A DNA stretch of 63,819 nucleotides, filler included, from Vannella sp. (Eukaryota): the NCBI GenBank assembly GCA_023345925.1. It is 6 parts of 6 records of this genome, joined end to end, with 100 filler letters (N's around TTAATTAATTAA, not from the genome) between each part and the next. Parts side by side here need not be neighbours in the genome. Positions count along the whole stretch, not along the records: positions 1 to 10,704 come from JAJQQN010000339.1; positions 10,805 to 26,223 come from JAJQQN010001088.1; 4 more parts are not named here. One strand, 5' to 3'. The notes below the pieces were generated by a model. It searched no databases. It was not told where the DNA came from and saw only the letters and a program-made list of their open reading frames with translations. The translations under genes were made by a program, and so were the position numbers. Shown piece after piece: positions 1 through 12,131 of this stretch (positions within the stretch are counted from its first letter, which is position 1; each line of letters starts with the position of its first letter).

Positions 1-202
<202 letters not shown>

Positions 203-469
203 CTAAAAGTAATGATGGACATGGAACGATGATCCCTTTTTATTCCGTACACTTCCCCTTCGGGGAAATGAGTTTGATCGAAGAAGTTCGGACCAATCAA
301 ATTAGTATGTGCCCCAGCTAGTCCCGGCTTCTGATTAAGGCACAGTGATGAAGTGAGGCATTAACTGCCCGTGATTGTGCCTCCCTATCAATCTTGTTCT
401 TAGTCAATTTCTTCCCAAAATTTGTTTGCATTCTGCCATTTTCTGTTGTGCAGGTGAGTCTCCCCACGG

Positions 470-599
470 GAGGCGGTTCAATCTGATGATATTTCTTGTC
501 CGTGTTTCGTATGATCAAACGGCTGCGGTTTCTTGTTACCCTTTGGTTTCAGGAGACCAAAGCCTCTACTGATTTCTTTCAAGCCTGAAGAACCGCCTC
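470..599 (+). ncRNA. Box C/D snoRNA (U18/snR18-like guide) inside a GT-AG intron (454-632) of an apparently non-coding host transcript
   Basis: Perfect 10-bp terminal stem GAGGCGGTTC (470-479)/GAACCGCCTC (590-599); C box CTGATGA 483-489; D box CTGA 585-588; guide GTCCGTGTTTC (498-508) complementary to conserved LSU rRNA GAAACACGGAC, followed by a D'-like ATGA (511-514); flanked by donor GTGAGT (454) and a pyrimidine tract ending CCTAG (632). Confidence 0.8.
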
Positions 600-694
600 T
601 CTCTCTCCTCTTCTATTCTGATCTTCTCCTAGGACACAGCTTCAATCGCTGCTTTCACTGTGATAGGCCAATATATATAAAGGACGTGCTTCAA

Positions 695-1489
695 TCATTC
701 TTTCGGTTTAGTTGGGACTGCTTCGATGATGTAGTTTGTTCCAAAATGCCTCCGCTTCTCTGACACGACCTCGAGCCCTGCTTCACGTATGATCTGCGGA
801 ATATCTCGATTCCAGGTACATCCATACTTCCAGGAGTGCGTGATAGCGCTCTGATCAAGAATATAAGTGTTGATCCAAGTGTGAAAGGTTGAACGTCCGT
901 GCTCCAAGAGGAGGATCCTGCCTCCCGGCTTACATACGCGCGCCATCTCACGCACAGCAGCAACAGGGTCATCAAAGGAGCATAGTCCGTACGTATCGAC
1001 TACTGTATCGAAGCTATCGTCAGGGAGGCTCAAATGTTCGGCATCCAACACGCGGAAATGAACGCGGGTGTTTGGTTTGAGGTGGAGTTCTCGATCGTTT
1101 TGAAGGGAACGCAGCTTCCACAAGGCACTTTGGACCATCATTTCGCTTGAGTCAATAACGAGAAGCTCTTCCACAGTGTCCTTGTAGTGTGAAAGGTTCT
1201 TTCCGGTTCCTCCAGCTATCTCTAACACTCGGCCCTCGGCCTTTCCGATCAAGTTTCTTCGCATCTTTGTGATGCCTACCCACCATTCTGTTCTGTTCTT
1301 AACAAGCTCTGTGTCGTAGATCTTGGCGATCTTATTCATCACATTCAATCTCTCGTCTTTTGTGGGAGCCTCATCACCGCGGGGCATGTCAATCTTTTCC
1401 TTCTCAGGTGCAAAGTAGTTGAACGCGGCGTACACCGCGCCCATGTAGACGAAGGCTCCCCCGACAGCGAACGTCCGTTTGCTCAGCAT
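695..1489 (-). CDS. SAM-dependent methyltransferase, OMS1/METTL7-like, with N-terminal hydrophobic/mitochondrial-type leader
   Basis: Motif I VLEIAGGTGKN, FDTVVDTYGLCS, RVCKPGGRILLLEHG, WKYGCTWNRDI. Confidence 0.85.
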   Translation of the reverse strand: MLSKRTFAVGGAFVYMGAVYAAFNYFAPEKEKIDMPRGDEAPTKDERLNVMNKIAKIYDTELVKNRTEWWVGITKMRRNLIGKAEGRVLEIAGGTGKNLSHYKDTVEELLVIDSSEMMVQSALWKLRSLQNDRELHLKPNTRVHFRVLDAEHLSLPDDSFDTVVDTYGLCSFDDPVAAVREMARVCKPGGRILLLEHGRSTFHTWINTYILDQSAITHSWKYGCTWNRDIPQIIREAGLEVVSEKRRHFGTNYIIEAVPTKPKE

Positions 1490-1673
1490 CTCCCAAATGA
1501 ATGGCTAGCTTGTTTTATCCGCTCATTAATTGTGTGATTGACAATCAGAGAGAAATAATGTGGAGATGAGAAAAAAGGGAGGAAGACAGTCGACCTCTAA
1601 ACCAGGATTAATCCAGGTTTGCGTATCTCACTTTCCGTGTCTCCTTCCCTCTTGGTCTTCCTCATCACATCGA

Positions 1674-2111
1674 ATGAACCCTGTTGTGATACCCAGCTCC
1701 ACACTCAAGACCCGAGTGGGGCGACCTTTCGCATTAACGGAAGAAACACGGAACCGTTTCTTCCCGAGGCTGCGCAAAGAAGAAGGTTGGAGCTACTTTG
1801 TAACCTGCAAGGGGAACATCCCCAGCAGGACCGAGGTCATCTGCTTACGATCTAAGGAACACGCTTCGCGCTTAATTGTGAATGAAATGGAGTGGTACTG
1901 CTGCTTCTGTGGCATCTTTCCGTGCCTCTGGCGCACCCGCCAGCGCCATCTCTCCAAGTGTGAGCATATCTCAAGCCACATCGATACATATCCACTACCT
2001 GATGATGATGCTTTGTACACCGAGCTGATGCACGACTTCTCCTCTCTTGATATTGACCTTGACCTCGAAAAGATACTTTCTGGAGGAGATCTAGATCTTA
2101 CCCCACTGTAG
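1674..2111 (+). CDS. Hypothetical protein with putative zinc finger and acidic C-terminal tail
   Basis: ORF fills the gap between two genes; WYCCFC...RHLSKCEH pattern; D/L-rich tail. Confidence 0.5.
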   Translation: MNPVVIPSSTLKTRVGRPFALTEETRNRFFPRLRKEEGWSYFVTCKGNIPSRTEVICLRSKEHASRLIVNEMEWYCCFCGIFPCLWRTRQRHLSKCEHISSHIDTYPLPDDDALYTELMHDFSSLDIDLDLEKILSGGDLDLTPL

Positions 2112-2209
2112 ACTCCCTGAACACTCAAGTTGTCCACGACAGACTCAGAGTAGGGTGCTTTGTAGTATAAACGGATTCTCATGACAGGGAGTGGTTCCAA
2201 ACGCCTTCT

Positions 2210-2626
2210 TTAGGACATCTCTGTTCGGTAAAGCGCGTCTAACTTCTTTTCCATGCCTTGTTCAGAGTTTGCTTGCTCTTGAAACTTCTGGCGGACCATC
2301 TGGACGATGGCGCGCTGTGTCCGCCCTTCCAGAACTTCCAACCGCTTGCTGAGGTCGCGCTTCAAGTCCCAGTTGGCTTTACGTGGCGCTAGATTGAGTA
2401 CGTCTCTTGTTCGATTCGCTTCGATCGCCTTCTGCAACTTGAAGTCGATCTCCTCCACGATATTGGGGAGTGTTGGATGCGGTAAGATGTACGCCTTCAG
2501 CTTCTCGCTCCCAGGCACGTAGTTACGGAACTTGAGAGGAAGTGGGCTATCATCTTCCTCCTCTTCCTCCTCCTCCTCCTCCCCCGAGAGCATCTCCACA
2601 TCGTCGTCCTCACGCTCCCCAGGCAT
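2210..2626 (-). CDS. CCDC12: Pre-mRNA splicing factor Cwf18/CCDC12
   Basis: LKFRNYVP and NLAPRKANWDLKRDLSKRLEVLEGRTQRAI signature segments. Confidence 0.9.
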   Translation of the reverse strand: MPGEREDDDVEMLSGEEEEEEEEEDDSPLPLKFRNYVPGSEKLKAYILPHPTLPNIVEEIDFKLQKAIEANRTRDVLNLAPRKANWDLKRDLSKRLEVLEGRTQRAIVQMVRQKFQEQANSEQGMEKKLDALYRTEMS

Positions 2627-2779
2627 GCCCGTCCAATTAAATGCTGGCAACGGCCCTCCCCCACATTTAGAAGCAAAGTGAGGACGGAGGTAATGAGCGG
2701 AGATTCTTCTCGAAAATATCTTTCCTCATTGGGCGGAGCTCCCTCACCGAACCCGACCTGTCATTCTCGCTCTCTTGGC

Positions 2780-5139
2780 ATGACGGATAAGGAGAAGACT
2801 GCGTACTGTAACTACTTTAATGGGGAACTGCGGGGGGATGCTGAGCTGAAGGAGGTGCTGCCCATCAGCGCCAACTCGGACGACTTTTACAAAGCGCTTT
2901 CGCAGGGGCTTCTGCTAAGGTAGGGCGGAGCTTCTGGTTGCGCTGTAGTCTAACGAGAGGTTCAGCAAGTTCATCTCTAAGCGGTTCCCAGGGGCGAAGG
3001 TGGAGCCAACAGTTTCTTCCGTTATCGAAGCTGCCAAACAGCTTGGCGTTAAAGTTAACATCATTGAGGAGGAGCTCAGCGACGCTACGAACAACAGTGC
3101 AGTCGCACTTGAGTTCGTTTGGCAGTTGATCAAAGTGAGAGACTCGGTCCTACCTGCTGTTGGGTGGTACTGATGCTGCGGGGCTTGGCAACAGACTCAC
3201 CTTTCCCACATCGAGCCCAATGCTGACTTGGCACGTCTCTTAGAAGGGAATGAGACAATGGGAGAGCTTTGTGCTAACGCAGAGAAGCTCCTTCTTCGTT
3301 GGTTCAACTTTCACTTGAAGAACCACGGCTTCCACCGGACCGTGAGCAACTTCAACAAGGACATCCAAGACTCTGAGAACTATGCCGTTCTCTTGTCTGA
3401 GATCGCCAAGGACTCCGTGTGTGAGGAGGACCTGGTTAACGCCTTCAAACAAAAGGATCTCTCCAAGAGGGCTGATACTGTCCTCCGCTGGGCAGCACGT
3501 CTCGGTTGCCGCAAGTTTGTAACACCACAAGACATTGTCGAGGTAGGCTCAACTACCCATTCTTCCACTCACCCCGTGGGCTCGTCATTCTCATTCTCTT
3601 TGGTTCGTTCCTTTAGCCCGTGACAAACCTCAACTTTGCCTTTGTTGCCACGCTCTTCAAGCGCTACCCTGCCATGGGACCTACAAGTGACGAACTCATG
3701 ACTGATTTAGCTTGTCGGATTGACGAGAGCGAATCCCTCCTGGCTGAGTCCATCTTGGACAAGGAGGACCTTCAGTCTCAAATCGACCAAACTCTGGTGG
3801 ACTTTGACTTCCTCACGAGTGAGCTGGGCGATCTCGAAGTGGATTTCGAGGCTCTTTGTGGCGAAGTGGACACTTTAAAGTCCGAAAAGGCGTCCATGGA
3901 AGACTTGTTTGGCGATTTGGAGAACGAAAACGCTTCTCTTGAAACAGAATTGCTGGAGACTTCTCAAGAGGTCGATGACCTTTTCGCCTCTTTGGAGGCG
4001 GAAGTCAGCGCCAAGATTGATTTGGAAACTCTTTTGAAGGAAACCAAAGAGGAGTTTGAGAGCACACGCGCGGAAACGGAGGGCCAGATTTCCGCTCTTC
4101 AAGCGCAGCTTGAAGCTGAGATTGACGCAAAGAATGATCTCACCTCTCGTCTGGAGGCGACTCTTAACGAGTTGGAGACAACACGAGGAGAGGCCTCTGA
4201 GTTGGAGCACAGCCTTCAAATCAAGTTGGCCACACAAACTAGTCAGCGGGAAGATGTCCAGAACCAGCTGGGCGATGCACAAAACGAGTTGGCAGAAACT
4301 CTTCGCTTGGCAGAAGAGGCCGAAAGCACCAAGGATGATCTGTTCAAGCTTCTGACAGACACTATCTCTGAACTGGAAGCATCCAAGGCCAGTGCCGCAG
4401 CTTCTGAAGAAGAGTTGCGCTCAACTTTGGCGAATGAGAAGGCAAAGAAGACTGCCGCCTTCCAAGCGTTGCAGGATAAGATTGCGGAATACGAAGAAGC
4501 TCTGGCTAACTGGAAGGTGGAGCGAGCTGGATTGCTCAAGCGCATTGAAGATCTTGAAGAAGAACTTCGCCTTCTTCGGGAGGAAATGGCCACAAAGCTG
4601 GCAGAGGCCAAACTTGCAACAGAGAAAGCTCTAGAGGATGCTCTTGGTGACCGCAATCGAGCCCTTACAGACGCAGAGAACGAGAAGGACCAGGCTTTGG
4701 ATAAGGTTCGAATGCTCTTGACGGGTAATGGCCGGGAGGGCTTCCTTCATGTCTATGGTGCGTTCTCTTCAGAAACTTCTTCCCAAGCCTTCCTGGGCTA
4801 ACATGTTGCATGGCAGAGTCGGGATTGGTGGGAATGCAGTGGAAAACCAAATTCTTTGTGCTCAAAGACAACCTTTTCATGTGGTTTGGGACGGACAAAG
4901 CCGCTGCAGCCAATCAGAAACCCAAAGGAATCATCTACGCCGAGGAGGCTCGAGTTTATGAGATCAGCGCTGAAGAAGCGCCGGGCAAGAAGGAGAATTC
5001 CTTCCTTGTGGACGCAGGAAAGAACAAAGTCCATCTCTACGCCGACACACAAGAGGACATGAAATCGTGGATGACCGATTTGCGGGTGGCCAAGAAGAAG
5101 AAGCTCGGTGTCAAAGTCGTCAGCGAAGCTGGCAAGTAG
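2780..5139 (+). CDS. Fimbrin/plastin-type tandem CH actin-binding domain + long coiled coil + C-terminal PH domain; introns 2920-2965, 3135-3194, 3543-3616, 4758-4816
   Basis: EKTAYCNYFN...VLPI, EKLLLRWFNFHL...VSNFNKDIQDSENYAVLL...LGCRKFVTPQDIV...NLNFAFVATLF (fimbrin CH pair); acidic heptad region; GREGFLHV..WKTKFFVLKDNLFMWF...YADTQEDMKSWMTDLR (PH). All four introns are GT-AG and restore frame. Confidence 0.85.
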
Positions 5140-5240
5140 CCGCTCCTCTCCCCTTCATTTGTATCAGTATCGCGCTTGCCGTTGCCATCTATTCTCCTCT
5201 TATACACTCTACGTTTGCTTAGAGAAGGTTATGTCGGTCT

Positions 5241-6251
5241 TTACTGGGGAAGGGAAAGAAGGAGGTTGTTGTTTCCTCCAGGAATGTAGGACACGTTGCG
5301 AGACTGAGCCATGGTGCGAGCGATCTCCTTTGCAGCTTCGATCTTACGGAGCTCAAGGAAGCCATTGCCAGCGGCCATGCCTTCGTTGATCAACTTGGCA
5401 GCCTCGGCCTCTCCCGTAGCAAGGATAACCTCAGCCTCCTTCTCCTGAGCGGATCTCTCGACAAGGAACTTTTGACGCTCAGCGTACTGTTGAGCGACCT
5501 GCTTCGATTCGACAGCCCTCATGTAATCGGCGCTGAATTCCAAATGGGTCTGGGACTGATCAGATCACGACAAGGGGGAGGCAGACAGCGTAACGTACAA
5601 TGGATACGTCAGGGAGCATGATATGGAAGTCCTTAGCGCGAACGGTGAGAGCTTTGTTCACTTCAGCGGAGACTTGGTCGCGCTGAGTAATCAGTTCTCC
5701 AGCGTCGTACTGGGCCTAGAAGTGTGTGAGTAACGTCTATCTGTGAAGGAGACAAGGGGACACACAATAACTGCCTTCAAGACTTCTCTTGCGATGTTGG
5801 GGAGGACCACTTCGTGATAATCCAAGCCGTAGTCGACGTGAATATCCTTCAAGTGTGTGACTTCTGGCTCGTACAGGACACGGAGAGTGACGTTAACGTT
5901 TTGAAGATCTAAAAAGCTTGGGAATGAGATGCGTGGGCACCGGGGCAGAGAAAGGACTCACCCCGACTACCGGTGGCGGTGCTGATGACCTTGGGGGACA
6001 CGCGAACGTCATAGATGATGGGCTGTTGTACGAAAGGGATAAGAAAGTGAGTTCCCTCGCCGTGAACCTTTTCTTGAACACCATTGCGGAAGTTGTCGAA
6101 GATAAGAGCGCGCTCGCCTCCATCCACTATCCAGGACCGATCAGTCTCCTTCCTCGCTTCCCACCCACTTACCCGTGTAGATACATTCGCTAGCTAGAGT
6201 AAAGAGACCGCCCACACCGATAGCACTAAGAGCGAACTTGACGCGGCTCAT
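5241..6251 (-). CDS. PHB1: Prohibitin (PHB1-type), 5 exons
   Basis: [84 protein letters not shown]. Confidence 0.93.
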
Positions 6252-6335
6252 GCCTGACGAGACGAACAAAGAGTGCCTCGGAAAGAAGAAATTCCTGGAA
6301 TTATCGAAAACTAATAAAGAACGAAGACGGGCTCA

Positions 6336-9300
6336 TCATCGATTTATGGCATCTGGAAGTGGGCAAAGCAAAAGAAGCGCTCGGCTCAAAATCGCAAAGT
6401 GGAAGGGCAATGCGGAGAGCCGTTTGCCACGGCCGCCAACGGAGAGGAAGGAGAGCGCGTGCAGGTCTTTGGTCAGGGTCCGGATGGAAGCTTGTGGGTC
6501 GCGAGGCTCCTTGGTGAGGGCGTGAATGTCGAGGAAGAGCTGAATCCGGAGAGGGCGGTGCGGCGGGTCATTGATTAATGTGGCACTGGCCAGGATCAAC
6601 CTCCCAACCGGTCCTATTTCCGCACTTATTGTTGGGGGAGAGAAGATAGCCCACGCTGTCTCCTCTGCGAGCTGGCCGCAACGCTTTTGGGGTGCTGAAC
6701 CAGTTATCAGAAGTGGAAAGGCCGTTATACCAGGGAAGGGGAATGGAGAACAGGGAGGGAGGAGCTGGTAGATAGAAGGAAGAGAGAAGTACAGGAAGGG
6801 AGAAGGAGCGCTCCAAGCGAAACTTACTTTTTGAGAGCTGGTGAATTTGAGGCCCTTCTTGGGAAAGGATGGAAAACACCTGGAAGGTCTTAAAGTAGGA
6901 CTGAAGGGGGTAAGAATCGTTGGTCAAAAAAGCTCTCCAATCTGACACGCAAGCCCAACCGTCAGTGGAAAGGAGAATGGATAAGGGACTGAACTCACTA
7001 TTGACAGTTTCTACCGAAGTGGCTCCAAAGAGACCAACAGCAAGTGTTTCGTATGTGATAGAGGAGGGTATAGACGGCAATAAGGAGAGACAAATGCTAG
7101 CAAAAAGTTCAGGAATGCTTGAGGACCCCTTTTCGAGTGCCCTATATTCGAGGAGCTCTCCCTGGGAATCAGTGAAGATAAACAGGGCCAGCTGATCATC
7201 CAAAGAGTGGCGGCAAGCACAAAATAGTGTGCGAGGGGAGTTAGACGGCCGAGAAAGTAAGAAAGGCGGCTCGTAAAGGTGATAGAGACACCGAATCTCC
7301 TCCAAATGCGTTGAATTACTGAGATAGCGGATTCTCCTGCACTTGTGAAATACGGAGAACGCTATTTGTTTCGTTTGTAGGCGCCGCTCACTTCCTGTTT
7401 CCGATAATAGGAGGGCTGGAAGTATTTGGATGACAACATTGGCTGCGCCACGCGGGAGTTGTGTGTGAATCGCTGCAGCACATGAGAAGATGTCAATAGC
7501 AGTGAGAGGGGAGGAAAAGGGCGGAACAATATATATGACTTGGCATGCCTGGGCGTTCACTTCCTTCTGGGAGGAAAGGTCGCGTCCAAATCCCCTACAG
7601 GCATCTACAAGGCCAGATAATTGAGCAGAGTAAAGTGAGGCTGCGGAGACTGGACATGCATAAGAAATGAGACCGCCTGGAAACTTAGAGCTTGCAGGGC
7701 GATGGTAGCCAAAGTGACAGGTTTCATACATCACTGCCAGCTCTTTGAGGAAGGTTGCCAGAGTGACAGCTCCTTGGGAGCCAGGAGGATAAGGAGTGAG
7801 GACGAAGGCGTTGACGTCTTTGCGAGCTGCCCATGGGCGAAGGCGGGTTTTCTCCCACTGGGACAGGGCTGCTCCAGGTTGAACCTCCAAGCTTCCTTCC
7901 TTATAGCCAACAAGGAGGTGTGGAGCAGGCAAGAGTTCCACCTTCACCGACTCTAACGAGTGGGCAGGAAGGGGCCCTCGCACTAGAGGGAAAGTAGCTC
8001 GCAATTGAGGTACTACTCGGCGAAAAGCTGCTGGCATTCTCGAAGAGTCCCCCAGCAGCGGGGGAGCGTGGAGTGGATCGAATGCTAGTTGCACTGAAAG
8101 TGCTGAGGAGTCCAGAATACCCTCTAATTGGGGTGTTTTCTGGATACTTGTGATCACTTGGCGATACTGCAAGCTCGCAAATAGTCCAGAAGAAGAATCA
8201 GAAGCGTCGTACCAGTCCATTAGGGTCGACGAGAGGTCAAGTAGAAGCATTTGCGTTGAAAATGCTTCTCGTTGTGCCCAATCGAGGTTATCTAAGGTCG
8301 GGAGACTTCTGGGAAGCTGAAGGTGGAGAGTGAAGTCGTTCAGAGTTATCCGGGAATGCATCGAGGGCAGCGTATCAGAGAGTGCAAGAATTAACTGCTC
8401 CACACTAATAGACTGGCTCTTTCCCAGCGCCTTTGACACCCTGGATTGATGGACAGTGGAAAGAACGAGAAGAGCTCGAGACGGATTCCACTCTGGATGA
8501 GATAAAAGCGGTTGCTTTGGTTGTCCCACAGTTCTGTTTGGGATACTTCGGCGCTCCTCGTCAGAACTAAACGCCTCGTTTTGCTCCGTATCTGAATGGG
8601 GCGGAGAAGGAGACGATGAACCGCGCTTCTTTGGCCGTAGCGTGGCGATGTGATGGTTCACTGGGCGAAGAGGAACCACGCTGGTGTGGGACGTTGGTGG
8701 GACTCTATTAGATTCAGATTCTGACGGCTTGAATCGAACAGCAAGACTGTGCTCATGAATGGGGATGGTCGAGTAGCGAGAGGAGGCATTCAAATGAAAG
8801 GGGGTCACACGAGCCAATTCCTGATGGCGTTGGGTATCGAGAATGGAGTCGCGGTTGAACCGGCGAATTTGCTGCTTTCTGGAACCCAGTCCTTCCACTA
8901 AACCTTCTAGTTCGCTTTGTAACGTAGTCAAGTCCATGGAAGTGGTATGCCGGACGTCTCTTGTGAGGAGGAGTGAAACCGGATCTTGGGAAGCGCCTCC
9001 ACCTGGCCTCGGTGAAGCAAGAGCGGGAGAGTATGAATAGTTCGACAGTCCAGGAGAAAGTAAAGGGGATGGTGTCGCAAGGAATGCAGCCATTTGGAAA
9101 GTCTTTGCCGAGTCCAATGCCAATCGCTGGTCCTCTTCCAGAGAAGTCTCAGTCTGAGAGATGCCCTCTTGGGACCCATTCTCCGTCCAAGGGTCCACGG
9201 TTGTTTGGGAAGAAGGCGGGGAGGTTTCAGGAGGCGGTGGCGGAGCGCCTTCGTTATCCAAATGGGCGAACCAAGCGTTCATATCGAGGCTGTTATCTCG

Positions 9301-10704
9301 TGACATGCTCTTCCAGTCATCCATGGCTGACACTTTGACGACAGGAGGAGATGCCACTTTGGGAGTCGAGGGATTTGAAGAGTTGTTGGACTTGGTGGAA
9401 TTCAGTTTGAGCTGTTGCGAGCTTGTGATGGGGGATGGAGTCGTTAGCGGAGTAGAACGAGAGGTTTCTGAGATAGGTAACGGGGAAGCGAAGCGCAGTG
9501 AGCTTGAACTCGAGGAATGTTGCAGAGGCGACCGCATCACTTGATTGAGGCCACTCTGGATTGGAGAACCTCCCAGCGGCGGTGACTTGAGCTGACTTGG
9601 TCCTGGCGGAGTAGCATATAGCCGAGGGCTGCCTACATTCATTGGAGATCGCTCCAATCGGCTGGTGTGATGAAGCGAGCTACTCTCAGGACTACTGGAC
9701 AGCGCTTCGAGAGTTTGTGCTTCCCTTGCTGGACTCGCCTCGCTGGACTGGTGAGTCAATTCGGCTCTCCAAAAGGACGTCGCTTCCAAGTTAACGAGAG
9801 GACGGGAGCGCGCGAAAGCAGGGCACCGCGTGGAGGAAAGAATCCTTTCTCTCTTTAAAGCGAAAGAGGGCCGCAGCTCTATTAGATCCTCTGTAGAACA
9901 AGAGATATTGCTTCCCAAGACCTTAACTTTCGCCGTGCGGACCGTTGGGAGGGGCGAGGAGCCCTGCGAACCTAGCCGATGGCCTCCAGGCAGAGCCTTT
10001 TGGGTCTGATCTCTGATGAATCTCGTTGCAGGCGCCACTGCAAGAGAAAGGAGCTCTGAGGGAGCTAATAGCGGACCGAGAAGTACTTCCTTACGGGCAG
10101 AGTTAGCTGGAATTGCAGGTGAGAGGGTGAAGGGACATATCCGCTTTCGGGAGGCGTTCATTTGCACGTAGAAGGTCCCAGCACAGTAGAAGATATGCCA
10201 TGTAAGTCCTATGGTGGACTCCTCCTCGTGGCGGAGATGGGGGCCTACCCGTGGGAGGGCGGTGTTTGATCCAACAAGAAAGCTGTCTTTTGACATGGCG
10301 CGACGGACCTGAGCATCGAGCGAAGATAGTAGCATTGCCATGATCTCCCAAGATCGGGGAACACCCTCTGTATCCTCTCCCGGTCGAGAGGCAGGTAGCT
10401 CCACGACCCCTTCCCCCACCAGTTGCAGCGGGAGATCCTCTTTCACGTGTGGTGGAGCGGTGAATAACCAAAGCTCTTCCTTGGGAATGGGATCTCCTCG
10501 GACTCGACGCCAAGCCGTGAGTCGCCCTTGGCCCAGCAGGAGGGCAAAGATGTCCAACAGGGCGCCCCTTTCCCCCGTCTCATCTGCGCGAGCCACCCAC
10601 TGGCTCCACCGAAAGCACTCCGCCGAGCACTATTCTCATTAGGTCCTCTGCTCCAGCCTCCCAGCCCGCAGACTCACCAGGAAGAAGCTGTTTGTGTAAG
10701 GGCC
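6336..10704 (-). CDS. MED13: Mediator kinase-module subunit MED13 (5' end lost at the contig break; introns near both ends)
   Basis: ALSQWEKTRLRPWAARKDVNAFVL..FLKELAVMYETCHFGYHRP and LFCACRHSLDDQLALFIFTDSQGELLE match the MED13 MID/medPIWI region; terminal exon (ORF 6336..6599) LHALSFLS...RLSALPFHFAIL matches the MED13 C-terminus. Confidence 0.85.
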
Positions 10705-10804
10705 NNNNNNNNNNNNNNNNNNNNNNNNNNNNNNNNNNNNNNNNNNNNTTAATTAATTAANNNNNNNNNNNNNNNNNNNNNNNNNNNNNNNNNNNNNNNN
10801 NNNN
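10705..10804. other. Artificial contig linker
   Basis: N-run + TTAATTAATTAA (stops in six frames) + N-run, 100 bp. Confidence 0.98.
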
Positions 10805-10943
10805 ACGAAAATAAAGCATGCGATCCGGCAATCATTTCCAAGAATTTTGTCCCGCCTTTTTTATTTGTCCCGTGTTTTCTCCCCCACCCTATGGCAATTT
10901 GGATCGGGAGCCCTTTGGAGAGATTTGCTCGTGGCGGGGCGGT

Positions 10944-12131
10944 TTAGGCGATGCTTGGCGTAGAATTAGGACTGACAAAGCATGTAAGACAGTCCATTCT
11001 GTCGGTGGGCTCTCCCAACGCCTTGCCAACAACTGCCAGTACGGCACGATCTGTCTCAAGGTGCTCCTTCATCTTGGAAGCCAGTAGAGGATGCATTCCA
11101 GACATCTTGAGTGTAACAGATCCCGCTACTGCTGTGATATCCACCCCATTGGGATTGATCATTTGAGCCAAGCGGAATATCTGGCACACTTTAGCGACTT
11201 CCTCCTTCATGGTGCCCACAGGCTCAGATACACGGGATTCCATGAGACCTGCGTCCCCACATTCACGGGATCCATCTTTCTGAATACAGGACCAATAGCC
11301 GACTACAGAGTTGGTGTTCACCCCGCAAATCACCCCGAGTTGCTCCGTCACGAGATCCATTTCGCTCATCGAAGTGAGCAGCGTTGGTCCAAATGCATGC
11401 TGGCGATACTGGTGGCCCTTCACAAGGAGCTGTCGCAGGGGCTCTGTGGAGGCCATTACATCCACGGTTGGTTTGTGTCCACTCAAGAGAGCCTCAAGGT
11501 ATACGGCAGCCACGAATTGGTCATTTGGATCCTCCGATTCAAGGGGCTGGATCATGTCAGAGCAGGTCGGGTCGATCACCCAACGGAGTAGAATGCAAGC
11601 AGCTTCCAACATCGGGTCTGCAGGATCGTCATCATCATCGCCATCATCGCCCCCGGCTCCTGTCATTGAACAAACGGCCCAGCCCTTGGATTGACACTTG
11701 GCGACATTATTCATATCACGAGACGTGGAGGGCTGTTTGTTGAACAGGGCCACGTGCAACATGAGTACTTCTTGTCCAAGTGGGAAAATCCTGTTGACGC
11801 AATAGCCGAACTCATGGCCAGTCAGTGGAAGGCTTAGGACGGCACACTTCAGGTCTTCCGAAGCTTGAACCAAATCTCTCACATGTTGATGCGCACGTTG
11901 GAACACTGCCTCGTTGAGCGGTACGAAGCAAGAAATACCTTGGGGACACTTTGGGAAATCTTCGGCCTCTGCCACTAGGAACTTGTCTCCGCAAGCCACC
12001 TTGAGGAGTAGAGGGAGGCCTTCCATTCGTTTGGGAAGAGAACACGTCCAAGAGAGATCATTAAAGGTCGTCCACACCCAAAGGCCACCTTCGGTGTCGC
12101 TGTCAGTGTGGCCAGCAACCACTGGGGTCAT
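10944..12131 (-). CDS. Orphan intronless ORF whose N-terminus is an RCC1-repeat remnant
   Basis: Long open frame; DTEGGLWVW...MEGLPLLLKVACGDKFLVAEAE aligns to the RCC1 gene at 50388-51431; the rest is unrecognised. Start uncertain. Confidence 0.45.
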   Translation of the reverse strand: MTPVVAGHTDSDTEGGLWVWTTFNDLSWTCSLPKRMEGLPLLLKVACGDKFLVAEAEDFPKCPQGISCFVPLNEAVFQRAHQHVRDLVQASEDLKCAVLSLPLTGHEFGYCVNRIFPLGQEVLMLHVALFNKQPSTSRDMNNVAKCQSKGWAVCSMTGAGGDDGDDDDDPADPMLEAACILLRWVIDPTCSDMIQPLESEDPNDQFVAAVYLEALLSGHKPTVDVMASTEPLRQLLVKGHQYRQHAFGPTLLTSMSEMDLVTEQLGVICGVNTNSVVGYWSCIQKDGSRECGDAGLMESRVSEPVGTMKEEVAKVCQIFRLAQMINPNGVDITAVAGSVTLKMSGMHPLLASKMKEHLETDRAVLAVVGKALGEPTDRMDCLTCFVSPNSTPSIA

